DNA from: Leptospirales bacterium
Lineage (GTDB): Bacteria > Spirochaetota > Leptospiria > Turneriellales > JAOUFE01
DNA: 33,290 nt
Direction of reading: 5' to 3'
NCBI GenBank assembly: GCA_040326155.1
Contig: JBEQLE010000046.1
Location: forward strand, 1-33,290
Below the pieces are notes generated by a model. That model ran no database searches. It was given only the letters and a program-made list of their open reading frames with translations, and was not told the DNA's origin. The translations under genes were made by a program, and so were the position numbers. This document shows positions 8,513 through 16,187 of the stretch, piece after piece (within the stretch, counting starts at the first letter, position 1; every line of letters starts with the position of its first letter).

Positions 8513-10042
8513 CTAATTCGTAGTTTCTAGGATTTCTTTTTGAACGATGTTATCGAGTTGCAAAACAAGATAGGATCTTTTGGATTTTTTATCTTTATAT
8601 TTTGTTTCTATGTGGTCGGCTTCAATTATACCGCCATCTTTGCGGATGTAACAGCCCTTAAACTTTGCTTTTTTTGTGAAACCAAGTACAACTTTTATGG
8701 CATTTTTCTTCATTGTAGAAAAATCATTTGGGTGTATAAGGTCGATAGCTTCTATGTTATTCAACTCAACCTGGTTGTAACCAATGTTTTCTTGCATATA
8801 GGAGTTTGCATAAATGTAACCATGGTCACCTATTTTCGCAATCAGAATTCCAGTTGTTTTCGATAGGTCATAAGTAGACAATATTTCATGGATATTATGT
8901 TCTTTTATTTTTTTTACACTTTCATCTAAAACCACAATGTTACTTATTAAGAAAACGCCTAGATAGTTACCATCTTCATCTCTACGATTAGTCACCTCGA
9001 CATTGGCTTCAATAACCTCGCCCCCTTTGCTCATAAATCTACTCTTACTTGTGAATTTATCATTTACTTTATCAAAAACACTTGCCAAACCTTCACTTAC
9101 TGTATCAAAATCTTCAGGATGATAAATATTGGTTAAATGCATCTTTTCGAATTCCTCATTCGTATAACCAAAGGCGTTTTGTAAAACTTCGTTAGTAAAT
9201 CGAATACCTGCACCAATTTTGTAGATAAGAATTCCATCCAAATCCTGTTTCGTTAAACCCGCCAATATCTTTTCCATGATCTTTCTCTCCTCTTTAAGTT
9301 TAGTTATTAATTGTAAATATTCATTTATACTGTAAACGAACATGATTACAGTGTCAATGTTATTTTCGTCTTTAAAGCGACTTACTTTTACTTTGACGGG
9401 TATAATGTCGCCGCTTTTGGTTTTATGGAAATTGTTAAACAGGGAATTTTCGGGGATATCGCCTTTTTTACCCATGGCCAGGTCAAAATAATTCATGGTT
9501 TTTAACTTTTTCTGGCTGTAACCCGAAAGTTTGGCGTAGGCTTCGTTTGTATCTTGTATTTTTCCATCGGTGGCTAGCAATAAATAACCGTCGGGTGAAG
9601 TTTCTACAATGGTTTTATATTGGTCTTTTCGGTTCTCTATTTTGTTTTCGATTGTTTTACGCAAGGTGATGTCGCGATAATCCATAAGAACTTCGCCAAC
9701 ATTATCGTAACGGCCCAGAAAATGGCAAGAGACTTCTACGGTAATCTCTTCTTTATTCTGTTTGTAGAGTTTGGTTTCAAAGGTGGCTCTATTGAATTCG
9801 GGGGTTAGCTCCCAAAATTTATCGTAGGCTTTTGTGGCGGCGCCGGGAGGCGTAAAGTCGAGAATCGGTTTTTGAATCAGGTCTTCTTTGTCGTAACCTA
9901 AATAACGAAGGGTATTCTCATTTACATCCTGTATATTACCTTTCTTGTTCAATAAAATTCCGCAATCTTTTATAGATTCAAACAGAGCATTATAAATATT
10001 ATTTTCAGCCTCTTCATCGTGTCCATCACTGTCTAATTTCAT
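8513..10042 (-). CDS. PAS-domain-only protein (4 PAS domains)
   Basis: Four S-box motifs: VNENTLRYLGYDKEDL, TNEAYAKLSGYS, TNEVLQNAFGYTNEE..YHPED and ANSYMQENIGYNQVEL..IHPND. No output domain. Confidence 0.85.
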   Translation of the reverse strand: MKLDSDGHDEEAENNIYNALFESIKDCGILLNKKGNIQDVNENTLRYLGYDKEDLIQKPILDFTPPGAATKAYDKFWELTPEFNRATFETKLYKQNKEEITVEVSCHFLGRYDNVGEVLMDYRDITLRKTIENKIENRKDQYKTIVETSPDGYLLLATDGKIQDTNEAYAKLSGYSQKKLKTMNYFDLAMGKKGDIPENSLFNNFHKTKSGDIIPVKVKVSRFKDENNIDTVIMFVYSINEYLQLITKLKEERKIMEKILAGLTKQDLDGILIYKIGAGIRFTNEVLQNAFGYTNEEFEKMHLTNIYHPEDFDTVSEGLASVFDKVNDKFTSKSRFMSKGGEVIEANVEVTNRRDEDGNYLGVFLISNIVVLDESVKKIKEHNIHEILSTYDLSKTTGILIAKIGDHGYIYANSYMQENIGYNQVELNNIEAIDLIHPNDFSTMKKNAIKVVLGFTKKAKFKGCYIRKDGGIIEADHIETKYKDKKSKRSYLVLQLDNIVQKEILETTN

Positions 10043-10132
10043 TTGTCACCACCATATTTAAGATATAAAATGAACTATTTTAATCTTTCGTTGTAAGTCA
10101 AGTTTATTTTATAAAATTAATTACGAAGATTG

Positions 10133-10227
10133 AATTAATATCGTATTGGGTGACGGAGGACGCGAAGCGGCCGCAGTCAGGGAAAAGGGGTTAATTCGCG
10201 TGGAATAAAATTCCGGCTTTTCCCCCT
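10133..10227 (+). repeat. Dispersed two-hairpin repeat, copy R2
   Basis: AATTAATATCGTATTGGGTGACGGAGGACGCGAAGCGGCCGCAGTCAGGGAAAAG...CTTTTCCCCCT. Confidence 0.9.
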
Positions 10228-10441
10228 GCCCCTATGTCGAAGTATTTACCGCTTTTGTCGGGAAAAACAGATTCCACCAAGTCTGTAATTCCATTTTTTT
10301 CTTTGTCATATAACCCAGCCAGGTTGGTAGCACTGTTTTGATAATATTTTTGCGTTAATTCATCCACGGGGTGGTTTTCCACATCAACTCGAAAACACAT
10401 TTTCCTTACTGGAAGGTCATCGCAAAGTGAATTTTAGCGCT
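10224..10441 (-). pseudogene. Truncated second copy of the 5' end and upstream region of the methyltransferase-HNH gene
   Basis: Aligns to 2339..2557, with 12 substitutions in the 159 coding bp. Breaks right after DIGAG at the edge of repeat R2. Confidence 0.9.
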
Positions 10442-10495
10442 TCCATTGTACGCCTTAATGGCTTCCCCCCAATTAGAAACTGATCTCTTTTCCCT

Positions 10496-10948
10496 TTAAT
10501 AATCTGATACATTGAATTTACCATCTTTAAAATCTATCAATATTTTGTTGGTTCTAATTCCGTATACCCTGGTCCATTCTGGGGGAATAGGCTGATCGGT
10601 GCCGTTGTAGTTCGCGATGTGCATATATATTTCAGGGGCGCCATCTCTGTCATAATCTTTAATAAAAAAATTATCAGGTTGACTCAGGTCAAATATAATG
10701 TAGCCTCCATCCATATCAAAAGGAAATTTTACCACAGTGTTTGATAAACTTAAATGCACACTGATGGTGTAGCAACAATGGGCTCCGCCTGAAAATGAAT
10801 ACATTATCTTATCTATATTTTGATCACCATCGAAATCAAATTTTTCCATCCATACGACACTGGTAGTTATATCCAAGTCCCTTTCACAACTGCAACGATC
10901 GCAAAAGCTTATTACGATTAGCAACATAAAAAATATTTTAATCCGCAT
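10496..10948 (-). CDS. Exported hypothetical protein with SGGAHCC motif and DxDGD loops
   Basis: Signal or lipoprotein-like N-terminus. DFDGDQNIDKI, FSGGAHCCY and DYDRDGAPEI (FG-GAP/VCBS-like calcium loops). Confidence 0.7.
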   Translation of the reverse strand: MRIKIFFMLLIVISFCDRCSCERDLDITTSVVWMEKFDFDGDQNIDKIMYSFSGGAHCCYTISVHLSLSNTVVKFPFDMDGGYIIFDLSQPDNFFIKDYDRDGAPEIYMHIANYNGTDQPIPPEWTRVYGIRTNKILIDFKDGKFNVSDY

Positions 10949-10951
10949 AAT

Positions 10952-11719
10952 TTAATCCGAATCCGATGCAGGTTCTCTTGTTAGCTCCATAACATAATCG
11001 ATAGGGCTTTTCAATATACCAATAAGGGGTAACCTCCAATAACTCTTAGCGGGAAATCTACTGTCAAAATTAGAATGATATGCCCAATGATCTTTTTCAA
11101 AAATATACCACTGAATAGGATATTGTTTGTAGTAAGGGCCCTCCATCACGTCTGCCTCACTATTCTTTAGCCCTTTACATAATAGCTCTTCTTTAAGGAT
11201 GCCTATATCAAGATTCCCATCCTTGTTGATATCTGATAATAGAAATTTTGAGTGCGCTGCAGTAAAACATCGCAATATACGCTGGCGTCTTTTTGTCATA
11301 CCAAGACTGACTATGCCTTTAAATATTGTATGTTCATTTATCATATAGACAAAAAAAATATCGCGCCCGAGGGCAATCTGGGCAGATCCACTTTTTTGTA
11401 CTTCATAAGAAGATAAATGAAAACCTATAATGTTGGGCGTCACTTTAAACGCCGTAACCTGACGATCAAAATTATTCTCAGGTATCGATTTTTCAATACC
11501 CTTTTTTGTAAATGACTCATGTAACCATTCTCGTGAAAAATATATTTTTTTGCATAACCCCCCGGAATCCAATTGAGCCATTGGGGAAGCAGGGTCTGCG
11601 ATAAGTTGAAATATTTTCGGCTCTATTTTATTGGACAAACCGCAACTGTTTTTTTCTGCCTTTGCAGGCGAATAAAATACAGAAAATATAATAAGTATGA
11701 CAAATATTTTTGACTTCAT
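10952..11719 (-). CDS. Secreted hypothetical protein
   Basis: Signal peptide ending SPAKA. One DINKDGNLDI loop. Lies 3 bp from the downstream gene, so likely co-transcribed. Confidence 0.7.
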   Translation of the reverse strand: MKSKIFVILIIFSVFYSPAKAEKNSCGLSNKIEPKIFQLIADPASPMAQLDSGGLCKKIYFSREWLHESFTKKGIEKSIPENNFDRQVTAFKVTPNIIGFHLSSYEVQKSGSAQIALGRDIFFVYMINEHTIFKGIVSLGMTKRRQRILRCFTAAHSKFLLSDINKDGNLDIGILKEELLCKGLKNSEADVMEGPYYKQYPIQWYIFEKDHWAYHSNFDSRFPAKSYWRLPLIGILKSPIDYVMELTREPASDSD

Positions 11720-11824
11720 ATAACTCTTTTAAGCAAATATTCTCATATTTTTAACCATTCGATAACTCTGCAATAATTTTATTGAATTCGGATACTCTTT
11801 TTTCTTAATCCAATCAGAAAGTTT

Positions 11825-12001
11825 TCTTTTCCCTTGAATAATCTGATACATTGAATTTGCCATCTTTAAAATCTATCAATATTTTGTTGGTTCTAATTCC
11901 GTATACCCTGTTCCATTCCGGGGGATAGGCTGATCGGTACCGTTGTAGTTCACTATGTGCATATATATTTCAGGGGCGCCATCTCTGTCATAATCTTTAA
12001 T
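11825..12001 (-). pseudogene. Frameshifted duplicate of the 3' end of 10496..10948
   Basis: Aligns with 10486..10663, showing 7 substitutions and a 1-bp deletion. The stop TAA is TCA here. Confidence 0.9.
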
Positions 12002-12410
12002 TTGTAAATATTTCAATAACATTTCCATTAGTATCGTTTATTATGACGTTCTCTTGAGCAATGGGAAATAGAACTTTATCTTCCAGTACTCTTTTAATAT
12101 TTTGTAAAATGTATTTATTTGGCTTCCCAGTACCGGTAAATGAGAGATGAATTGCCACAATTGTATCTACGGAAAGTTTATTTGGAAATGAAACTACTAC
12201 ATTTGCACCATCAACGCCTTCCAAATTAGATATTTTCGTCTCTATGTATGATGCCCATAGCCGACTCAAATTAACTTCATCTTCCAATTGGTCGTTGCTG
12301 AAAAAAGAGTTATTGAATATAATATCGTAATACTCTTTTAATAGTAGAGGAATTAATAAAATACCGACAGTTAGCCATGTAATTTTAAAGGCCAGTTTTA
12401 TTTTTTTCAT
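11997..12410 (-). CDS. Membrane-anchored protein with a single FliF/YscJ-type ring-building-motif domain
   Basis: One N-terminal TM helix, then IETKISNLEGVDGANVVVSFP...AIHL...IKRVL...ENVIINDTNGNVI. This parallels the FliF/SctJ RBM2 pattern (TIxxxxGVxxAxVhlxlP...eNVtivDxxGxxL). Confidence 0.6.
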   Translation of the reverse strand: MKKIKLAFKITWLTVGILLIPLLLKEYYDIIFNNSFFSNDQLEDEVNLSRLWASYIETKISNLEGVDGANVVVSFPNKLSVDTIVAIHLSFTGTGKPNKYILQNIKRVLEDKVLFPIAQENVIINDTNGNVIEIFTN

Positions 12411-12631
12411 ATGTTGAATAGTTCCATTTCCAAAAATAGACTCGCTTTGGCCAACACACCCACGCTACGGTTGCCCACGGTTCGCTGCAAATACATAACA
12501 CAATCGCGAGCATTGTTTCCCATTTGGGCAATTCCGGGGCGGGAGTGCGAAGAGTCAGTATGTGTTTTAGAAGAGGATCTTTTTTTACCCGGCGTTTGAG
12601 ACGATTTTTTAGAGCGATCTGAATATGACAT
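12407..12631 (-). pseudogene. Short ORF with LQRTVGNRxV motif, probable N-terminal remnant of a DUF4157/eCIS-type protein
   Basis: Low-complexity basic N-terminus followed by VMYLQRTVGNRSV, then it ends. This motif is typical of the leaders of DUF4157-containing proteins. Confidence 0.45.
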
Positions 12632-12658
12632 TTGTACTCATTTTGTCATATTACAATA

Positions 12659-12774
12659 TGTTAACAAGAGTTTTTTTAGTGGATGACGCAGACTGGCATC
12701 ACCTACCGGGAACCTCCCGACCCAACTCGCGCGCGGTTTCGATCCATTCTGATATACTAATTTCGGCGTTATGT
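12659..12774. repeat. Degenerate attC-like element
   Basis: GC-rich island in AT-rich DNA bounded by TGTTAAC and GTTATGT. TTAGTGGAT can pair with ATCCA...CTAA, but the outer pairing is poor. Confidence 0.35.
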
Positions 12775-12965
12775 ATGGCTTCTTCCCGTTAGCCTATATT
12801 TTTTGATAAGATTTTGTACTTGTTTGACTATGCGTGTGCTTCCCATTTTGTCTTGGACAGTGACCTAAAAAAGGCAGCGATTATGGACGTAGGGAAGTAG
12901 AAAAGTCTAAAAGTGGTTCTCCCCACACAATCGCACGAAACGATCTAAGCCTGAACGGCGACCTC

Positions 12966-13167
12966 TTATGGTATTTTACCTTGCTCCAGCGGGGTAAAAT
13001 CCTCTTCGGCATAGATGTAATCTTCGCCAGACTCATCAATGATTGAGATAAGCCCTTCGGGTAACTTTGTAGCTTCTGTATTTACTGTGTAGGCTTTTCC
13101 TTTTTCGAGGGAGGCTTCAAACCCTTCATTATTATTTCTATAAACATAAAATATTCTTTGTTGACAT
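12966..13167 (-). pseudogene. Frameshifted small conserved protein (NNEGxEASLE...IIDESGEDY family), absent from the ORF track
   Basis: Manual translation gives MSTKNILCL*, then in a shifted frame NNNEGFEASLEKGKAYTV...LISIIDESGEDYIYAEEDFTPLEQGKIP*. Confidence 0.7.
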
Positions 13168-13246
13168 GTTCAATTCTTGTTAATTTAATCCAATAAAGTA
13201 GTGTGCTGATTTAATAAACTGCCACCCGGGCAGCCATGGAGACACG

Positions 13247-13459
13247 ATGTTGAATATACATATAGATAATCCCGACGTAGAAAAAAGCCTAAAACAAACT
13301 TATGGCGATGATGAACAATCGATCGTGAATGCGTTTATGGAATTTGTTCAACAACAAAGGATAAAAAAAGATATAGGAATTTCCATTCAACAGCTGGATA
13401 ATGGCGAAAAGATTCCTCTCAAGAACGCAATGAAACAAATACGATCAAAATATGAGTAA
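13247..13459 (+). CDS. Putative antitoxin (type II, ParD/RelB-like position)
   Basis: 70 aa with RBS GGAG. Overlaps the downstream RelE/ParE-like gene by 8 bp. C-terminal SIQQLDNGEKIPL is typical of such antitoxins. Confidence 0.7.
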   Translation: MLNIHIDNPDVEKSLKQTYGDDEQSIVNAFMEFVQQQRIKKDIGISIQQLDNGEKIPLKNAMKQIRSKYE

Positions 13460-13733
13460 CATTATTTTTTCCCCAATAGCTATTGATCGCCTGTCCGAAA
13501 TTGCAGAATACTTATACCAACAAAATCAATCAAAAACTTTTATTTTAGATTATTTAGGTAGTTTAGAAACATATCTGAATTCCGTATTGAGTCAGTTCCC
13601 TGAATCGGGTACTCCAATGGAGCAATTTGGTAAATGTATAAGGCGAATTGTCTATCAAAAATACAGTTTTTTATATCGTACGGCTGGAAATTAAATTGAA
13701 ATTCTTACCATTTGTCGGGAAAATCTACTTAGG
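13452..13733 (+). pseudogene. RelE/ParE-family toxin with premature in-frame stop
   Basis: IIFSPIAIDRLSEIAEYL...LSQFPESG...IRRIVYQKYSFLYR, then TAA at 13692-13694. The expected last strand IEILTICRENL follows in the same frame. Confidence 0.75.
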
Positions 13734-13996
13734 CACCTTAATAAATTATCCTTTAAACATTAATACCTAAACACGATGTTACGTTGGGGATAGCGAAAAA
13801 TCTTTTTACCAAATAATATATATCGTATATTTTTTTCTTTTATTTGTACTCTACCACCCTCCTATAATCGCTCCCTTTTCGCACGAACCTGCCCATAAAG
13901 TGTCAAATGGTTTATTTAACGTTTTACAAGCCAAAAAATAACTATTGAATGTTTGCTTAGAGATCGGCGCGAATTATTCCAAACAATAATGAATTA

Positions 13997-14299
13997 TCAG
14001 ACATCAATAATTTCCGAGTCAATCCTGGCTTTTAGGTATGGGTTCATTTTCTCGCGATAATGAATAAGGTCTACGACACAGCCGAGAACTTCTTCGAGAT
14101 GCTGCTTAATGTGAACCATGTTGAATAAATCAGGTTTGACCATCTCTATTACGATATCAATATCGCTGTCTGCATCGTTTTCTTCCCGCGCGACGGAACC
14201 ATAAACTCCAAGACGCGTAACTCCATAAAGTTTGTGCAATATTGGTTTTTGTATCTTTAGTATGTCAATATAATCATTTCTTAATATTACTTCTGCCAT
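13997..14299 (-). CDS. Minimal nucleotidyltransferase (MNT/MntA-type antitoxin)
   Basis: YGVTRLGVYGSVAREENDADSDIDIVIE (GS..DxD) and VDL motifs, about 100 aa. Confidence 0.9.
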   Translation of the reverse strand: MAEVILRNDYIDILKIQKPILHKLYGVTRLGVYGSVAREENDADSDIDIVIEMVKPDLFNMVHIKQHLEEVLGCVVDLIHYREKMNPYLKARIDSEIIDV

Positions 14300-14428
14300 C
14301 AATTACTGCCTATTGTATATTTTAATACACCAAAAAATTGCGTCTTTAACAAACGAATTTATTATCTATAGCTTAATATACAAAATATATCAGAACGTCA
14401 ATCGAATCTTGTAAAACAGTTCCAAATA

Positions 14429-14466
14429 ACGAATTACGAATTAATAATATTCAATTCGTAATTCGT
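14429..14466. repeat. Perfect 14-bp inverted repeat built from TTACGAA/TTCGTAA heptamers
   Basis: ACGAATTACGAATT-N10-AATTCGTAATTCGT, with a further CTTCGTAATTAAT at 14473-14485. Confidence 0.85.
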
Positions 14467-14478
14467 ATTTCTCTTCGT

Positions 14479-14572
14479 AATTAATATCGTATTGGGTGAC
14501 GAAGGACGCTAAGCGGCCGCAGTCAGGGAAAAGAGTTGAATTCGCGCCCAATTAAGTACAGACTTTTCCCCT
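14479..14572 (+). repeat. Dispersed two-hairpin repeat, copy R3
   Basis: AATTAATATCGTATTGGGTGACGAAGGACGCTAAGCGGCCGCAGTCAGGGAAAAG...CTTTTCCCCT. Confidence 0.9.
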
Positions 14573-14623
14573 TAAATATGTAAAATGAACCAGACTCCCC
14601 TTCCCCCAACTGCAAATCTCGAT

Positions 14624-15901
14624 TTATTTTTTCTTAGCTTCTTTCTTAGCCTCTCTCTCGGCTTTTTTCAACATTCGAATAATAATACGATAAAAATCCG
14701 GAACATAATATTTACGTTCCAAGCGACCTTTGGAACCATCAATTGCAATATCTAAAGCTGTCTTTCCTTCTTTATTTCGAATAGACAGTTGTGCGCCGGA
14801 TTTTAGTAAAATGGAAACCATCTTAATATTTCCATAACTCGCTGCTATATGCAAAGCTGTGTTTCCTTCGGGGGTGGTCATATCCCGATCAATATTGTTT
14901 TCAAGCAGCAATTTGGCAGCATCAGGCTCAGCACGAATCGTAGACAAGTGCAACGCGCTATAACCTTCCCGGGTAAGTTTATTCACATCAGTACCACTTT
15001 TCAAAATTTCTGCCAGCAGGTGAGGACTCTCACTAAGCCTTAAATTCGGATACAATGCACCCGGTTTAACCAAAGTCGTTGGAGAATACGCCGGAGTGTC
15101 ATACTCTTTTAGTAATTTATGAGCCCGGTCCAGAATTGTCTTTAACGTTCCGTCCATATACCTTCTTTGTACAAACGATACCATCCTTTGATTATCAAGA
15201 CTATCTTTGTCCAAACCTGCATTCACAACCTGCATTATATCGGCAGCCCAATAAATTTCCCTAAAACCCCCATGTGAACTTTCAGTGGCAAATAATTTTT
15301 TATATTTTTCCAGAGTCTCAGTATTCGTAGCTACCGAGCCAAGTATATAAAGATATTTTCTCAAATATTCGCGAAAAGAAATATTATAAACAAGCTGGGC
15401 ATTCATACCCATAAATGAATACTGCGGGGGAATATATAGTTTATCGAACAATAATCCGATTGCCTTCTCATTATATTGAACCAGGCTTGTTTCCATATTT
15501 TTCACAAGCGGCTGGCCGGTCAATTTGCGAACAGTCTCACTGAAATCCTGCAAACCTTCATGAGATTGTCCATACAAGTTTATTCGAATTGGTAGTTCGT
15601 CTTCTATTATTTTGTCATAATTTTTTTCATATGCATAAGATATTACTTCGCTCAAAAAAACAAAAATATTATATAGTTGGTTGTCTTCGCTAAAAACGGG
15701 AATTTTTTTTCCTTTATATGGACCGGATGGTATTTCTGACCAATCCGACTCGATGTACCAACGTTGTGATTCTAATTCAACGGGACGAGAAATATAACTT
15801 ACATACAGTTGTTCGGCAATAAACACTTTAGCCGCCCATGCGCCTGCCCCTCCCAGGAAAAGCAAAGCCAAAACTGACACAATTATTATTTGTTTTTTCA
15901 T
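14624..15901 (-). CDS. Exported ankyrin-repeat protein
   Basis: Signal peptide ending AWA. C-terminal ankyrin repeats EGYSALHLS, EGNTALHIAASYGNIKMVSILLKSGA and EGKTALDIA. N-terminal ~270 aa unrecognised. Confidence 0.85.
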   Translation of the reverse strand: MKKQIIIVSVLALLFLGGAGAWAAKVFIAEQLYVSYISRPVELESQRWYIESDWSEIPSGPYKGKKIPVFSEDNQLYNIFVFLSEVISYAYEKNYDKIIEDELPIRINLYGQSHEGLQDFSETVRKLTGQPLVKNMETSLVQYNEKAIGLLFDKLYIPPQYSFMGMNAQLVYNISFREYLRKYLYILGSVATNTETLEKYKKLFATESSHGGFREIYWAADIMQVVNAGLDKDSLDNQRMVSFVQRRYMDGTLKTILDRAHKLLKEYDTPAYSPTTLVKPGALYPNLRLSESPHLLAEILKSGTDVNKLTREGYSALHLSTIRAEPDAAKLLLENNIDRDMTTPEGNTALHIAASYGNIKMVSILLKSGAQLSIRNKEGKTALDIAIDGSKGRLERKYYVPDFYRIIIRMLKKAEREAKKEAKKK

Positions 15902-16010
15902 ATGGTGGTAATATTCTAACCAAATTCCAATTTTACAAGTAATTTAATTTATGAATATACAATTGCTTGGCCATAAAAACTATAATCGCCCCACCCAAAA
16001 CCCACCTGTT

Positions 16011-16082
16011 ACGAAGGACGCGAAGCGGCCGCAGTCAGGGAAAAGGGTTAAATTCGCGCCCAATTAAGTTCATGCTTTTCCC
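16011..16082 (+). repeat. Dispersed two-hairpin repeat, copy R4 (5'-truncated)
   Basis: ACGAAGGACGCGAAGCGGCCGCAGTCAGGGAAAAG..AATTCGCGCCCAATTAAGT..CTTTTCCC. Confidence 0.9.
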
Positions 16083-16187
16083 GCATGGTGTTCATCCACT
16101 CTTCCATTGTAGGATATTCATCCTATTGACAAAAAGTCAATTTTATATTACAAAATTATACAAATTTAATTATAGGGGAAATATTTC

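Noticed and set aside
10191..10400. 69-aa ORF as a functional gene
   Set aside because: It is the truncated MTase stub reading into repeat R2, and is reported as a pseudogene.
10486..12001. Possible DGR template/variable repeat pair (duplicated gene 3' end)
   Set aside because: Mismatches are not adenine-specific on either strand, there is an indel, and no reverse transcriptase is present in the window.
12913..12930. GTGGTTCTCCCCACAC resembling half of a type I-E CRISPR repeat
   Set aside because: Single occurrence, no palindromic second half and no array.
2637..16082. R repeats as a CRISPR array
   Set aside because: Copies are 70-95 bp long, 1.4-7.4 kb apart and variable. There are no regular spacers and no cas genes.
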